Assembly: GCA_016213135.1 (NCBI GenBank) | Contig: JACRBQ010000036.1 | Coordinates: forward strand, 25,010-89,009 | Direction: 5' to 3' | Source: Chloroflexota bacterium | GTDB taxonomy: Bacteria > Chloroflexota > Anaerolineae > Anaerolineales > VGOW01 | DNA: 64,000 nucleotides | Shown here: piece by piece, positions 26,387 to 35,600 of the stretch | Layout: every line of letters starts with the position of its first letter | Numbering within the stretch: position 1 is the stretch's first letter | Notes under the pieces: model-generated | The model's database searches: none | What the model was told of the DNA's origin: nothing | Seen by the model: the letters and a program-made list of their open reading frames with translations, nothing else | Translations under genes and position numbers: made by a program

Positions 26387-26821
26387 ATGAAAGCGAATTC
26401 CACCACCCATCAAGCAGTGAAAGCGGCTCTGGATAATTGGGCCGACAGCTACGCCAAGCGCGACATCAAGCGCCTCTTGGCCTGCGTTGTCCCGGACCCA
26501 GATGTGCTCATGTACGGCACCGGCGCCGACGAGAAGCGCATCGGCCTGGCGGGCATTCAAACTCAGGTCGAACGCGACTGGGCCCAAACCGACGCGGCGA
26601 CGTTCATTCTGCACGATCCGGCGATTTCAGCCGCCGGTTCGATCGCGTGGGCGTCGGCGGATGCCACCTTCAAGGTGGAAGCCGGCGGGCAGGCGATGGC
26701 TTTCCCAGCCCGGTTCACCGGCGTGTTTGAAAAGCGCGACGATCAGTGGCTCGTGGCGCAGGCGCACTTCTCACTGCCCGCGCCCGATCAGGAGCAGGGC
26801 AGTTCTGTGCCTACTGCCTGA
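26387..26821 (+). CDS. SnoaL-like/NTF2-fold (DUF4440-type) protein
   Basis: ALDNWADSYAKRDIKRL...RFTGVFEKRDDQWLVAQAHFS. ATG 26387 has better Shine-Dalgarno spacing than 26378. Confidence 0.6.
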   Translation: MKANSTTHQAVKAALDNWADSYAKRDIKRLLACVVPDPDVLMYGTGADEKRIGLAGIQTQVERDWAQTDAATFILHDPAISAAGSIAWASADATFKVEAGGQAMAFPARFTGVFEKRDDQWLVAQAHFSLPAPDQEQGSSVPTA

Positions 26822-26961
26822 GACGGTTGAGTAACAACCGCTGGTGAGACAAACTGTGCCGGTGAGGCTGGGGCTCATTCACCGGCACAGTCACTTACCC
26901 ACCGGGTCAGAGCGTATTAGCGCAGTAACACTACAAACCAAGACAGTAGGCTTCGTGCAGA

Positions 26962-27090
26962 TCATCCCTCACTCAGGCTCGTCAATTCGCCCAATCGCAA
27001 ACAGAGCAGCCGCGCGGCCAGCACCATCTCCATCGGGTGGCCGAGGTCGGAGGCGAGCGAATGGATGGCCGGTTGAGCACCCCGGAGCGA
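26962..27090 (-). pseudogene. Decayed N-terminal fragment of a third HD-LuxR paralogue
   Basis: Minus-strand frame reads LRGAQPAIHSLASDLGHPMEMVLAARLLCLRLGELTSLSEG*. Compare LRQAEIIMALSLATDLGTGRPMEWAMRSALLGVRLGEALG (24735 gene). Confidence 0.35.
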
Positions 27091-27191
27091 CCACACTCCC
27101 GGTCGCCGAGGCGTACGCGCTTGGCCGCCGCCTCACCGAATCGGTTTTTCGACATTGGGCCGGCCCGGGTCAACCGGCCTCTGGCTGAACT

Positions 27192-28058
27192 ATGTGGGTT
27201 GCACTGGCGCTCGGCGCGGCATTACTGACATCGTTCAATCCCATCCTCTACAAGCGCATCCTGCAAGACGCCGAGCCGCTGGTGGTGGTCTGGGGTGTCA
27301 CCCTGCTCGCTCTTCCCCTGCTCGGCTTGTTTACCCTCGCCCTCACGTCTGAGTATCCGCGCATTGACGGGCTCTTCGTGCTAAGCGTGTCCGGTGCGGC
27401 CGGGCTAAACGTCATGGCCCACCTCGCTTCGACAAAAGCCTTGAAACTCGCGGACGTTTCGCTGGTGACTCCCCTGCTGACTTTCAGTCCGGTTTTCACG
27501 TTGCTGATCTCGGCCGTCCTTTTTGGAGAAACACCTTCAGCGCGCGGCCTGCTGGGCGTGGGGTTGGTGTTAGTCGGCGCCTACTGGCTCAACCTTTCAA
27601 GCGCGGATCGGCTGGCCCCCCTGAAAGCGTTTGCTCTCAAGCCCGGCATCATGCTCATCCTGCTGGCCGGGTTGCTGTGGGCCGTCACGCCTCTACTGGA
27701 GAAAACAGCCATCCGCCACACGTCACCGGAGAGTCCGCGCTTCGCCGCGTTCGTGGCCACGGCGCTCCTCGCGATTATGCTGACTCCGGGTGTCGTTGCG
27801 CGCGGCAGAGCGGCCATTAGCAAACTATTTTTGCATCGTCGCGAATGGTGGTTGGCCGCGCTGATTGCCGGGAGCGCCCCCATCCTGGGCTATACCGCGT
27901 TCAGCCTCGGCTTCGTCGGCTACGTGACGACGCTCTTCAAACTGAGCACGATCCTGACGGTGTTATGGGGGTCTCTATTTCTCAAAGAGCGCAACCTGGC
28001 GCAACGCCTGCCCGGGTCGCTGATGATGGTGGTGGGCGCGGTCCTCATCGTCATGTGA
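27192..28058 (+). CDS. EamA/DMT-family transporter
   Basis: 10-TM-like profile with two EamA-type repeats (AHLASTKALKLADVSLVTPL, APILGYTAFSLGFVGYVTTL). Confidence 0.8.
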   Translation: MWVALALGAALLTSFNPILYKRILQDAEPLVVVWGVTLLALPLLGLFTLALTSEYPRIDGLFVLSVSGAAGLNVMAHLASTKALKLADVSLVTPLLTFSPVFTLLISAVLFGETPSARGLLGVGLVLVGAYWLNLSSADRLAPLKAFALKPGIMLILLAGLLWAVTPLLEKTAIRHTSPESPRFAAFVATALLAIMLTPGVVARGRAAISKLFLHRREWWLAALIAGSAPILGYTAFSLGFVGYVTTLFKLSTILTVLWGSLFLKERNLAQRLPGSLMMVVGAVLIVM

Positions 28059-28112
28059 CGATGTGACAATGTGACATTCTTCCCCAAAAATATAGCCATA
28101 GAGCATATGCTC
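28053..28112 (+). promoter_or_regulatory. AT-rich spacer with 3x tandem ATGTGACN and a 12-bp perfect palindrome upstream of the kinase gene
   Basis: ATGTGAC at 28053, 28061 and 28069. GAGCATATGCTC at 28101-28112. Confidence 0.3.
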
Positions 28113-28170
28113 CCTATCCCAACTCACTATACAATTAATCTAGTCGCAATACTCCGGTTGGAGAGAAACA

Positions 28171-29922
28171 GTGGACTCATCCCGTTTTCGGTTCCTGCGC
28201 TGGGCAGGGGTGGTGGCCCCGGCGGCCTTCATCGCCCTGATCACTTATGTTGCTTACTTTCACCTGCCGGGCTTTGTTCCGGCCGAGATTGTCTTCACGC
28301 TGATCGTCGGCGTTACCACATTCGGCGCGTTCCTATTCTCCACCTTCATCTTCAGTCAAATCGAAAAACGCGAGCGAGAAATTCTGCGGCGCAGCCGCGA
28401 ATTAGCCGCGCTGCACGCCGTCAGCGAGGTCGTCAGCGGTTCACTCGAACTTGATGAGATTCTCACCCGCTCGCTGGAAAAAGTTCTGGAGGTCACCGGC
28501 ACCGAGGCCGCTGAGGTCTTCTTATTGGATGAGGCGGCCAAAGCCTTGATACTGGCCGTCCATCGCGGAGCTTTTCCGGAGGCCTTTCAAGAGGTCGCCC
28601 GTTTCCCGCTCGGCGAAGGGTTGCCCGGCAGGGTGGCGGCTTCCGGCCAGGCCGTGCTCCTGCACAACCTGACAAGCGACCCGCGCTTCATCCGGCAGAA
28701 GGTGAAGATGCTGGGTTTTCAATCCTACGCCTGCGTTCCGTTACGTGCCAAAGACCGGGTCGTCGGCGTAATGGACGTGGCCGATCGGCGCACCCGGCTG
28801 ACAACTGACGATCTGCGCTTGCTCACCGCCATTGGCAACCAGGTCGGGATTGCAGTTGAGAGCGCGCAATTGTACGCGCGTGTTCAGCAAACTGCCAATT
28901 ATCTCAACGCCCTCATCGAAAGTTCGGGCGACGCCATGATCACCGTCGATCTCGACGGCCGGATCACATCCTGGAACCGCGGGGCTGAAGAGATTTATGG
29001 CTGGTCGAAAGAAGAAGCGATCGGTCAGTTGATCCCGATGGTGCCTGCCGATCAGCAGGAGGCGGCGCTGGCGATGCTCACGCAGATGCGGACCGGCGAG
29101 ACCTTCCGCAACCTTGAAGTCGTCCGGCAGCGCAAAGATGGACAATCCCTGGAAGCGATCGTTACCGCTTCGCCGCTGCGCGACGCCGCGGGACAAATCG
29201 CCGGTTTCCTGGGTACCTCCAAGGACATCAGTGAACTGAAGCGCCTTCAGCGGGTGCTGTTGGCCCAGGGACAAAGCCTGGCCATTCTCGAAGAGCGCGA
29301 GCGCATCGGCATGGATTTGCACGACGGCGTGATCCAATCACTGTACTCGGTAGGGTTGCGGCTGGAGAGTTGTCTGGCCCTCGTTTCGTCTGCGCCGGAG
29401 GAGGTGACCCGGCGGCTGGAACGGGCGACGGATGATGTCACCAGCATCATCAAACAAATCCGTGACTACGTGTTTGATCTGCGCGCCCATCACTTGCACG
29501 GACGCCGCCTGACGGAAGGTCTCGACGAACTCGCTCTGGAATTGAGGACCAATACCATGATGCCGGTTGAAGTCATCGCCGACGATGCGGCGAGGGGCGC
29601 AAGCGAGCGGCTTTCCGAAGCGCAGGCCACGAACTTGTTTCTTGTTGCCCGTGAAGCCCTGACCAATATTCTTAAGCACGCCCGGGCGAGCGCGGCCGCA
29701 GTCCGGCTCTCAGCCAGCGACGGGATACTGTGCCTCACAGTGAAGGACGACGGCATTGGCTTCGACCCGGAGGTGGCACGCTTAGGTGAGGGTGACGGCC
29801 TGCGCAACATCGCCGAGCGGGCCAAACTGCTCGGCGCGCGTCTGAACGTCAACAGCCAACCCGGCTCCGGCACTGAGATCGGGCTGGAAATCCCACTGGT
29901 GGACAAGGCTCACCATGGATAA
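28171..29922 (+). CDS. Sensor histidine kinase (TM, GAF, PAS, HisKA_3, HATPase_c)
   Basis: GAF (RVVGVMDVADRR), PAS (ITSWNRGAEEIYGWSKEEAIG), H-box GMDLHDGVIQSL, ATPase (DDGIGF, GLRNIAERA). Confidence 0.88.
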   Translation: MDSSRFRFLRWAGVVAPAAFIALITYVAYFHLPGFVPAEIVFTLIVGVTTFGAFLFSTFIFSQIEKREREILRRSRELAALHAVSEVVSGSLELDEILTRSLEKVLEVTGTEAAEVFLLDEAAKALILAVHRGAFPEAFQEVARFPLGEGLPGRVAASGQAVLLHNLTSDPRFIRQKVKMLGFQSYACVPLRAKDRVVGVMDVADRRTRLTTDDLRLLTAIGNQVGIAVESAQLYARVQQTANYLNALIESSGDAMITVDLDGRITSWNRGAEEIYGWSKEEAIGQLIPMVPADQQEAALAMLTQMRTGETFRNLEVVRQRKDGQSLEAIVTASPLRDAAGQIAGFLGTSKDISELKRLQRVLLAQGQSLAILEERERIGMDLHDGVIQSLYSVGLRLESCLALVSSAPEEVTRRLERATDDVTSIIKQIRDYVFDLRAHHLHGRRLTEGLDELALELRTNTMMPVEVIADDAARGASERLSEAQATNLFLVAREALTNILKHARASAAAVRLSASDGILCLTVKDDGIGFDPEVARLGEGDGLRNIAERAKLLGARLNVNSQPGSGTEIGLEIPLVDKAHHG

Positions 29923-30571
29923 ATCTCCATTGCGATTGATGTTGGTAGATGACCATGAGATTGTGCGCATGGGAATGCGGACCCTCCTCGAGGATCAGCC
30001 CGACCTCGTCATCCTCTGTGAGGCGGCCACGGCTACCGAGGCCATCGTGGAAGCGGATCATTGTCTGCCCGACTTGATTCTGATGGACGTGCGCCTGCCT
30101 GACGCCAGCGGCGTGGAAGCCTGCCGTGAAATTCGCGCCCGCCATCCTGACATCCGCGTCATCATGCTGACTTCGTATCCCGACGACAATGCCGTGATGG
30201 CGTCGATCATGGCCGGCGCTTCGGGCTACGTGCTCAAGCAAACGCGTGGCCGCGCTCTCATCGAAGCGATTCGCACGGTAGGCGCGGGCGGTTCACTGCT
30301 CGACCCGGCCATCACCGAAAAGGTGCTGGAGCGCCTGCGATCGGCGGCAGGTTCTCCCGACGATAAATTTGCTCAACTAACCGATCAAGAGCGCCGCCTC
30401 CTGACCTTGCTGGCTGAGGGCAAGACCAACGGGCAGATCGCCGAGGCGATACATCTCAGCCCGCACACTGTAAAAAACCATTTAAGCGATATTTTTAGAA
30501 AGTTGGGAGTCGCCCGGCGCGCGGAGGCCGCGGCCTACATTACGCGCCGCGCCGCGAATTCGGACAAGTAG
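29915..30571 (+). CDS. Response regulator, NarL/LuxR family
   Basis: LVDDHEIV and ILMDVRLPDASG (REC), LTDQERRLLTLLAEGKTNGQIA (HTH). Overlaps the kinase by 8 nt. Confidence 0.9.
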   Translation: MDKSPLRLMLVDDHEIVRMGMRTLLEDQPDLVILCEAATATEAIVEADHCLPDLILMDVRLPDASGVEACREIRARHPDIRVIMLTSYPDDNAVMASIMAGASGYVLKQTRGRALIEAIRTVGAGGSLLDPAITEKVLERLRSAAGSPDDKFAQLTDQERRLLTLLAEGKTNGQIAEAIHLSPHTVKNHLSDIFRKLGVARRAEAAAYITRRAANSDK

Positions 30572-30599
30572 GCATTTTTCCGGTGTGACGATCGGCAGG

Positions 30600-30640
30600 G
30601 GCCAAACGGCCTGCCCATAGCGGGCCGTTCGGCCTTTTTG
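30600..30640 (+). terminator. Rho-independent terminator candidate
   Basis: GGCCAAACGGCC (30600-30611) pairs with GGCCGTTCGGCC (30623-30634) with one mismatch, followed by TTTTTG. Confidence 0.65.
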
Positions 30641-30741
30641 ATTCCCCCGACCGACACGGCATTTGCGGATGACCCACACTACCCCCTGACCCCGGCCGGG
30701 CGCATCATATCCACAGCCAACGTTGGCGCGGGAAACCGACC

Positions 30742-31176
30742 ATGTCGCTTACATCCACTCTCCCTCCTATACGGTTGCTGATCACAGACCGCGATCCCGC
30801 TTCGCGGGAAGCTCTCCTGGGTCTGCTCCGTGCGGCGCCAGGCTTTGAATTTATCGGCATTGCCCCGCCCGAAGACGCCATCCGGCAAGCCGCGATCCGT
30901 CGGGTTAATGTTGTCTTGCTGGACATTATCAAACCGCACGAAGCGAGTGTGCAGGCTTGCCGGAGTCTGCGCGCACTATCGCCCGCGCCGATCGTCATCG
31001 CCTTCACCACTCTCGCCGACCTGGCTGAAGAAAAAGCTTTGCTCACTGCCGGGGCCGCCGGTTATCTGCTTAAGGAGGTCCGTCTCGAACAACTCATTCA
31101 CGCCATCCGCCAGATCGTTGCCCGCGAGCGCTCGATTCTTGATCGCTCGCTCTGTGCGCGGCAACCCTGCATTTAA
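30742..31176 (+). CDS. Stand-alone receiver-domain response regulator
   Basis: LLITDRD and VVLLDIIKP with K in YLLKEV. No output domain. Confidence 0.75.
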   Translation: MSLTSTLPPIRLLITDRDPASREALLGLLRAAPGFEFIGIAPPEDAIRQAAIRRVNVVLLDIIKPHEASVQACRSLRALSPAPIVIAFTTLADLAEEKALLTAGAAGYLLKEVRLEQLIHAIRQIVARERSILDRSLCARQPCI

Positions 31177-31213
31177 CCGCGCAGTCAACAAACATTCAAT
31201 GGAGGATTCAACG

Positions 31214-33214
31214 ATGTCGAACATCAAGCGTTATTCAAAGCTTTTTTCTTTCGCCGCTGTGGTTCTGGCGTTGCTGCTTGCAAGTTGCGCCGCCCCAGTC
31301 GCTCCCACCGCTGCCCCTGCCGACACGGCGCAGCCGTCCAGCCCAACCCTTGCGCCCACGGCACAACCCCAACCGGCTTCCCCCCAAACAACCGGCGGAG
31401 GGGGCGCCCCTTCGGGCGTCAACTTGCTGTCTGAGGGGTGGGCGGAACACATGGGAATTATCGTGTCTGAGATGAAGCCTGCAACGGGTGCTCTGGTGCT
31501 CAACCCCAAGCCGGGCGATCTGTGGTTCTTCTCGAATTCCAGCACCGCCTGGGGCGCGACCAACACCAAGAACTCCGTGTGGGTCATTGACGCCAAAACC
31601 AAACAGACTGTCGCCGAGGTATCGCCCGCCGGCGGCGAAGGCAACAGCAGCCACGGTATCGCCGTTTCCGGTGACGGCCGGTTTATCTATCTGCCGGAAC
31701 TAGGCAAGGATAATCGCATTGACGTGCTCGACGGCCGGACTTTGGAAGTGGTTCAGACCATTAAAACATTGGGCCGCCCGCACCATCAAAAACTGTGGCA
31801 CGATCCGGTCACCAACAAAGACTACATCATTGGCGAGGATTTCAATTGGAACTGGACCGGCTCCGGCTTCTATGTCCTTGACCCGAGCCAAGATAATGCC
31901 ATCGTCGGCGGGCTAAGCAACGGCGACTTCCAGGGCAACCCTTACGTCAGCACTGCGGCCCCGGATGGCTCCTTCATCGTGGTGACCGTACCCCCACCCA
32001 ACCCGGCCTTCCGTGACAAGATGGACGGCTGGGTGGCCAAGATTGATCCGAAGACCTGGAAGATTGTCGGTATGGTTCCGATGGTAGACCCGTTGTATCC
32101 AGTGGTCACCCTCGATAGCAAGTATATCTATGTCACTTCGGGCGGTGAGGCCCGTGTCCACAAGATTAACGCGAAAACCATGATAGATGAGGGCGAAGTG
32201 CAGACGGGGCCTGGCCCGTGGGGCGCCGCCCTCTCTTATGACCAAAGCAAACTTTACACCGCTGACAAAGGCGAAGGCCCCGGTTATAACCAACAGGGCC
32301 GCACCAGCACCATCATTGACCTCCAAACCATGGGCGTGGTTGACGTCGCCATTATTGGCTTGACCACTGACCACGCGCTCCTCAGCCCGGACGGCAAGGA
32401 AATCTGGTACACCTCGAACGCCGAGCATGGCATCTACGTCCTGGACATTGCAACGAACGCGGTCTCGTTTATCAAGGATCCAGCCGATGGCGACATCCAC
32501 GGCGGGGTTTGGGTCCAATATGCGGACGATGGCAAAGGCGGTGTGATCGGCGAAGTCGTCGCGGATTATGCGGGTTTACATGGCAGCGCCCTGGCGGCCC
32601 AGAAACAGTATGTGTCCGAGCCTGTCGTGGCCATCGCGCTGGGCCGCACCGGGTTTTTGCAGAAGTTCGTGAAAGTTGTGGCCGGACAAACCGTGCGACT
32701 CGTCATCAAAAACACGGCGGGCACCTCCGGCGGCACGATAAAGTTTGAGAGTCCGGATTTAGGCATCCCGTCTATTTCACTGGCGCCAGGTGAAAGCCAG
32801 GAAACGCACTGGACAGCGCCCTTGGAACTGGTCAACCTGTCGGCCAAGACCGACAAGACGCCGAACGGCACCTTGTCCATCGTTATGGTCGCGCAACCTC
32901 CGGCGCCCGCGGCCCCCGCGCCGGCACCGGCAGGAGCGCAAATTGTCGAGATTAACGCGTCGGCCTTCTCGTTCAACACTGGCGAGATCACCGTCAAGGC
33001 CGGCGAGCCGGTTCGCTTTATCATCACGAATGGCGATGACGAGAAACACAATCTGGTCGGAATCGGCGAGGGCGAGGGGCTGAACCTGCTCTCGCCCGAT
33101 GTCAGCGCTGGCCAGCAGGTTACTTACGACTGGACGGCGCCAGCGACGCCGGGAACCTATAAAGTTGTGTGTGTTTACCACCCGCAGATGACGTTCGTGC
33201 TGGTGGTCAAGTAA
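31214..33214 (+). CDS. Lipoprotein: YVTN-type beta-propeller followed by two cupredoxin-like domains (the last has type-1 Cu ligands)
   Basis: Lipobox LLASC. Repeated propeller-like blocks (SPDGKEIWYTSN, APDGSFIVVT, SGDGRFIYLP). C-terminus EKHNLV...YKVVCVYHPQM (H, C-x2-H-x2-M). GGAGGA Shine-Dalgarno 7 nt before ATG 31214; the track's 30830 start is an artefact. Confidence 0.7.
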   Translation: MSNIKRYSKLFSFAAVVLALLLASCAAPVAPTAAPADTAQPSSPTLAPTAQPQPASPQTTGGGGAPSGVNLLSEGWAEHMGIIVSEMKPATGALVLNPKPGDLWFFSNSSTAWGATNTKNSVWVIDAKTKQTVAEVSPAGGEGNSSHGIAVSGDGRFIYLPELGKDNRIDVLDGRTLEVVQTIKTLGRPHHQKLWHDPVTNKDYIIGEDFNWNWTGSGFYVLDPSQDNAIVGGLSNGDFQGNPYVSTAAPDGSFIVVTVPPPNPAFRDKMDGWVAKIDPKTWKIVGMVPMVDPLYPVVTLDSKYIYVTSGGEARVHKINAKTMIDEGEVQTGPGPWGAALSYDQSKLYTADKGEGPGYNQQGRTSTIIDLQTMGVVDVAIIGLTTDHALLSPDGKEIWYTSNAEHGIYVLDIATNAVSFIKDPADGDIHGGVWVQYADDGKGGVIGEVVADYAGLHGSALAAQKQYVSEPVVAIALGRTGFLQKFVKVVAGQTVRLVIKNTAGTSGGTIKFESPDLGIPSISLAPGESQETHWTAPLELVNLSAKTDKTPNGTLSIVMVAQPPAPAAPAPAPAGAQIVEINASAFSFNTGEITVKAGEPVRFIITNGDDEKHNLVGIGEGEGLNLLSPDVSAGQQVTYDWTAPATPGTYKVVCVYHPQMTFVLVVK

Positions 33215-33289
33215 TCCTTCGAGCTCCAGACTGGCGGGGTCCCCCGGACCCCGCCAGCCGACGGCCCGGCCGGAAAGGAAAGGGAGACC

Positions 33290-34621
33290 ATGAATCCAAT
33301 AAGGATGTGGCCGCATTCAGCGGCGCGGTGGGGGTTGGCATTGATCCTGCTTTTGGCCGCGGGCCTTTTGGCGCTCGGCTGGCTCGCTATCGTCAAAATC
33401 GAAGGGCGGAACGCATTGGTAACAACCGCCGGCCTGCGCAGCGGTCAAGCCGCCGATCTCGCCACGAGCCTGACGCGTTCAGGGTACGCCGATGAGGGCC
33501 TAGAAGTGGAGGCCATTTTGGCAACTCCCGGTTTCTTCCGCCTCACAAACCGGACTCAAGAGGCGGCAGAACTGGGCGCCGATCGGTTCGTGGTGTTCGT
33601 CATCAACGAGAATGTGCATTACGGGTCGCTGCCCCATCATCTTGGTGTAATTCTACGCCTCGACGGAACAAATCTTCACGTGGCTTCTGAGGTCCGAGTG
33701 TTGACCGACGCCGTTCATCACCGCACGAGCGTCGTGATCTTCAACGACCTCCCGGCGGCGCTTTTGAACGACAGCCACACTCTCGAATTGCTGCTGCCGC
33801 AAAACAGCGGCGGCTCTCGAACTGTGCTCCAGTGGTACGCCCCAATTGATTACCCGGTGAGTGTTCAACAGCCGCGTGTGTTGAGCCTGGGGTTGTTGCT
33901 CACCCTGGCCGCCGGGTTGTTAGCCGCCATCTCACCCTGCTTGCTGCAGCTCACTGCCTTCTACCTGCCGACTCTGGCTGGTGTGAGCATGGGTGCGACT
34001 GATGGCCCTGCGGCTTCTCCAGATCAAAAGCGCGTTCTAATGACCGCTCTGCTCTTCATTTTAGGATTCACTATTCCCTACACGGCTGGCGGGGCGCTGA
34101 TGGGTGGCATGGGGCAGGCGCTGGCCGCCAGCGGCCTGCTGACTCCAACCGGGCCAATCGCCACGGGCGCCGGCCTGGCCATCATCGTGATGGCAAGCGT
34201 CGTCGCCTACCGATCACGAGTGCCACTCGTCTGCAAGTTGCCGCTTCCGGCCGCCTTTCGGCGAAGCCGGCGCTTGCCGTTCGTTGAAACATTTGTCAGC
34301 GGTTTCGCCATTGCCACCGGCTGTCTGGCTTGCTTTGGTGGAGCCATCCTGGGAGTGCTGCTGGTTTACACGGGACTCCTGGGCTCGGCGACGTTGGGCG
34401 CGTTGGCGATGTTTGTTTTCTCCATGGGGCTGGCGATTCCATTCCTGCTGGCGGCCCTGAGCCTGTCGTGGGTGATGCCCCTGGCCGAGAAGCTCCAGCG
34501 GATGGCGCCAGCCATCGGTTTGCTAGCCAGCCTCCTGATGCTGTTCTTCGGAGTCGTCATGGCTACCGGCAACTTCCACGTGGTGAGCGGTTGGCTGTAT
34601 CAGCACCTGCCGCTGGGCTGA
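33290..34621 (+). CDS. CcdA/DsbD-type thiol-disulfide transporter membrane protein with a large N-terminal extracytoplasmic domain
   Basis: LAAISPCLLQLTAFYLP and IATGCLACFGG in a multi-TM core. About 190-aa N-terminal domain after one TM. Confidence 0.65.
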   Translation: MNPIRMWPHSAARWGLALILLLAAGLLALGWLAIVKIEGRNALVTTAGLRSGQAADLATSLTRSGYADEGLEVEAILATPGFFRLTNRTQEAAELGADRFVVFVINENVHYGSLPHHLGVILRLDGTNLHVASEVRVLTDAVHHRTSVVIFNDLPAALLNDSHTLELLLPQNSGGSRTVLQWYAPIDYPVSVQQPRVLSLGLLLTLAAGLLAAISPCLLQLTAFYLPTLAGVSMGATDGPAASPDQKRVLMTALLFILGFTIPYTAGGALMGGMGQALAASGLLTPTGPIATGAGLAIIVMASVVAYRSRVPLVCKLPLPAAFRRSRRLPFVETFVSGFAIATGCLACFGGAILGVLLVYTGLLGSATLGALAMFVFSMGLAIPFLLAALSLSWVMPLAEKLQRMAPAIGLLASLLMLFFGVVMATGNFHVVSGWLYQHLPLG

Positions 34622-34635
34622 GAGAGCGATAAGAA

Positions 34636-35595
34636 ATGAAACTGCGACTTAGCGCGTCTGTCTTCATGATTGCCGCCGGTCTGATCCATCTGCTAATCGC
34701 GCCCCTGCATTGGGCGCACGCTCCGGCCCACGGCTTATTCTTTGCTCTGTCGGGCTTGGCCGAGGTTGCCTGGGGGATCGCCTTTTGGCGCAAGCCATCG
34801 CCGGTGATGAATCGCATCGGGGTGGTGATGGCGGGGGGGTTGATTACCCTATGGGTGATCACCCGGCTACTCCCGGCTCCCTTCGGCGATGAGCCCGGCG
34901 GGATAGAAATTATCGGTATCACCTCAAAACTAATGGAAGGTCTGGGACTCGCCGCGTTGGTCGGTCTATCAGTTTCAGGAGCAACCTCCAGAAAGGTGAA
35001 GATTTCAAAGTGGCTTGAGGTGGAAAAATTCACCGCCGCCAGTCTAATGGTCGGTGGACTCATCTATCAAATTGCCGTCGTAGCCGAGCCATTTTTCCCG
35101 GAGTTAGGCGAGTCATCTACGCCGACGGCGGCGGCCTCGGCGGTCAATCCAGTCAGCGAGGCGATCACCAACAGCCCTCCTGTTGAGAATACATCCGGCG
35201 AGATCAGCAGTAGTAATAGCACTCCCGACGATCTGCAGCTAGTGGTCGCCGGTTTTGCCAGTCCGTTTGTTAATGGGAGTGAGGTTCCGGTGGCTGGCGA
35301 TCTGATGGCCCAACTAACCGTGACGCCGGGCGAGGAACGCTATGGCCGTAGCCTCGAACTATATCTATACCATCAAACTTCGTCCAAGCCTCTGACAGAT
35401 GCGACGGTTAAGGGGGTCGCCAATATGCGTTTCATGGATCACGGAACTTTCTACCAGATGGCTTTGAATCTAGATAATGGTTATTACATCCTGCTACTTC
35501 CATTCCCAATGCCGGGCGAGTGGCATTTAGACCTGGAAATTTTAGCGCCCGATACGCCAGGCACGATCCAGCTCGACATCAATCTATTTGAATAA
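34636..35595 (+). CDS. Membrane protein with C-terminal YtkA/FixH-like beta-sandwich domain (weak call)
   Basis: Four to five N-terminal TM helices. C-terminus MAQLTVTPGEERYGRSLELYLY...MPGEWHLDLEI resembles YtkA-like domains. Confidence 0.4.
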   Translation: MKLRLSASVFMIAAGLIHLLIAPLHWAHAPAHGLFFALSGLAEVAWGIAFWRKPSPVMNRIGVVMAGGLITLWVITRLLPAPFGDEPGGIEIIGITSKLMEGLGLAALVGLSVSGATSRKVKISKWLEVEKFTAASLMVGGLIYQIAVVAEPFFPELGESSTPTAAASAVNPVSEAITNSPPVENTSGEISSSNSTPDDLQLVVAGFASPFVNGSEVPVAGDLMAQLTVTPGEERYGRSLELYLYHQTSSKPLTDATVKGVANMRFMDHGTFYQMALNLDNGYYILLLPFPMPGEWHLDLEILAPDTPGTIQLDINLFE

Positions 35596-35600
35596 GGGCA

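Noticed and set aside
30830-33214. 794-aa track ORF suggesting a much longer beta-propeller protein
   Set aside because: The first ~128 codons overlap the receiver-domain gene (30742-31176) in another frame and look non-protein-like. A GGAGGA Shine-Dalgarno and a lipoprotein signal peptide define the real start at 31214.
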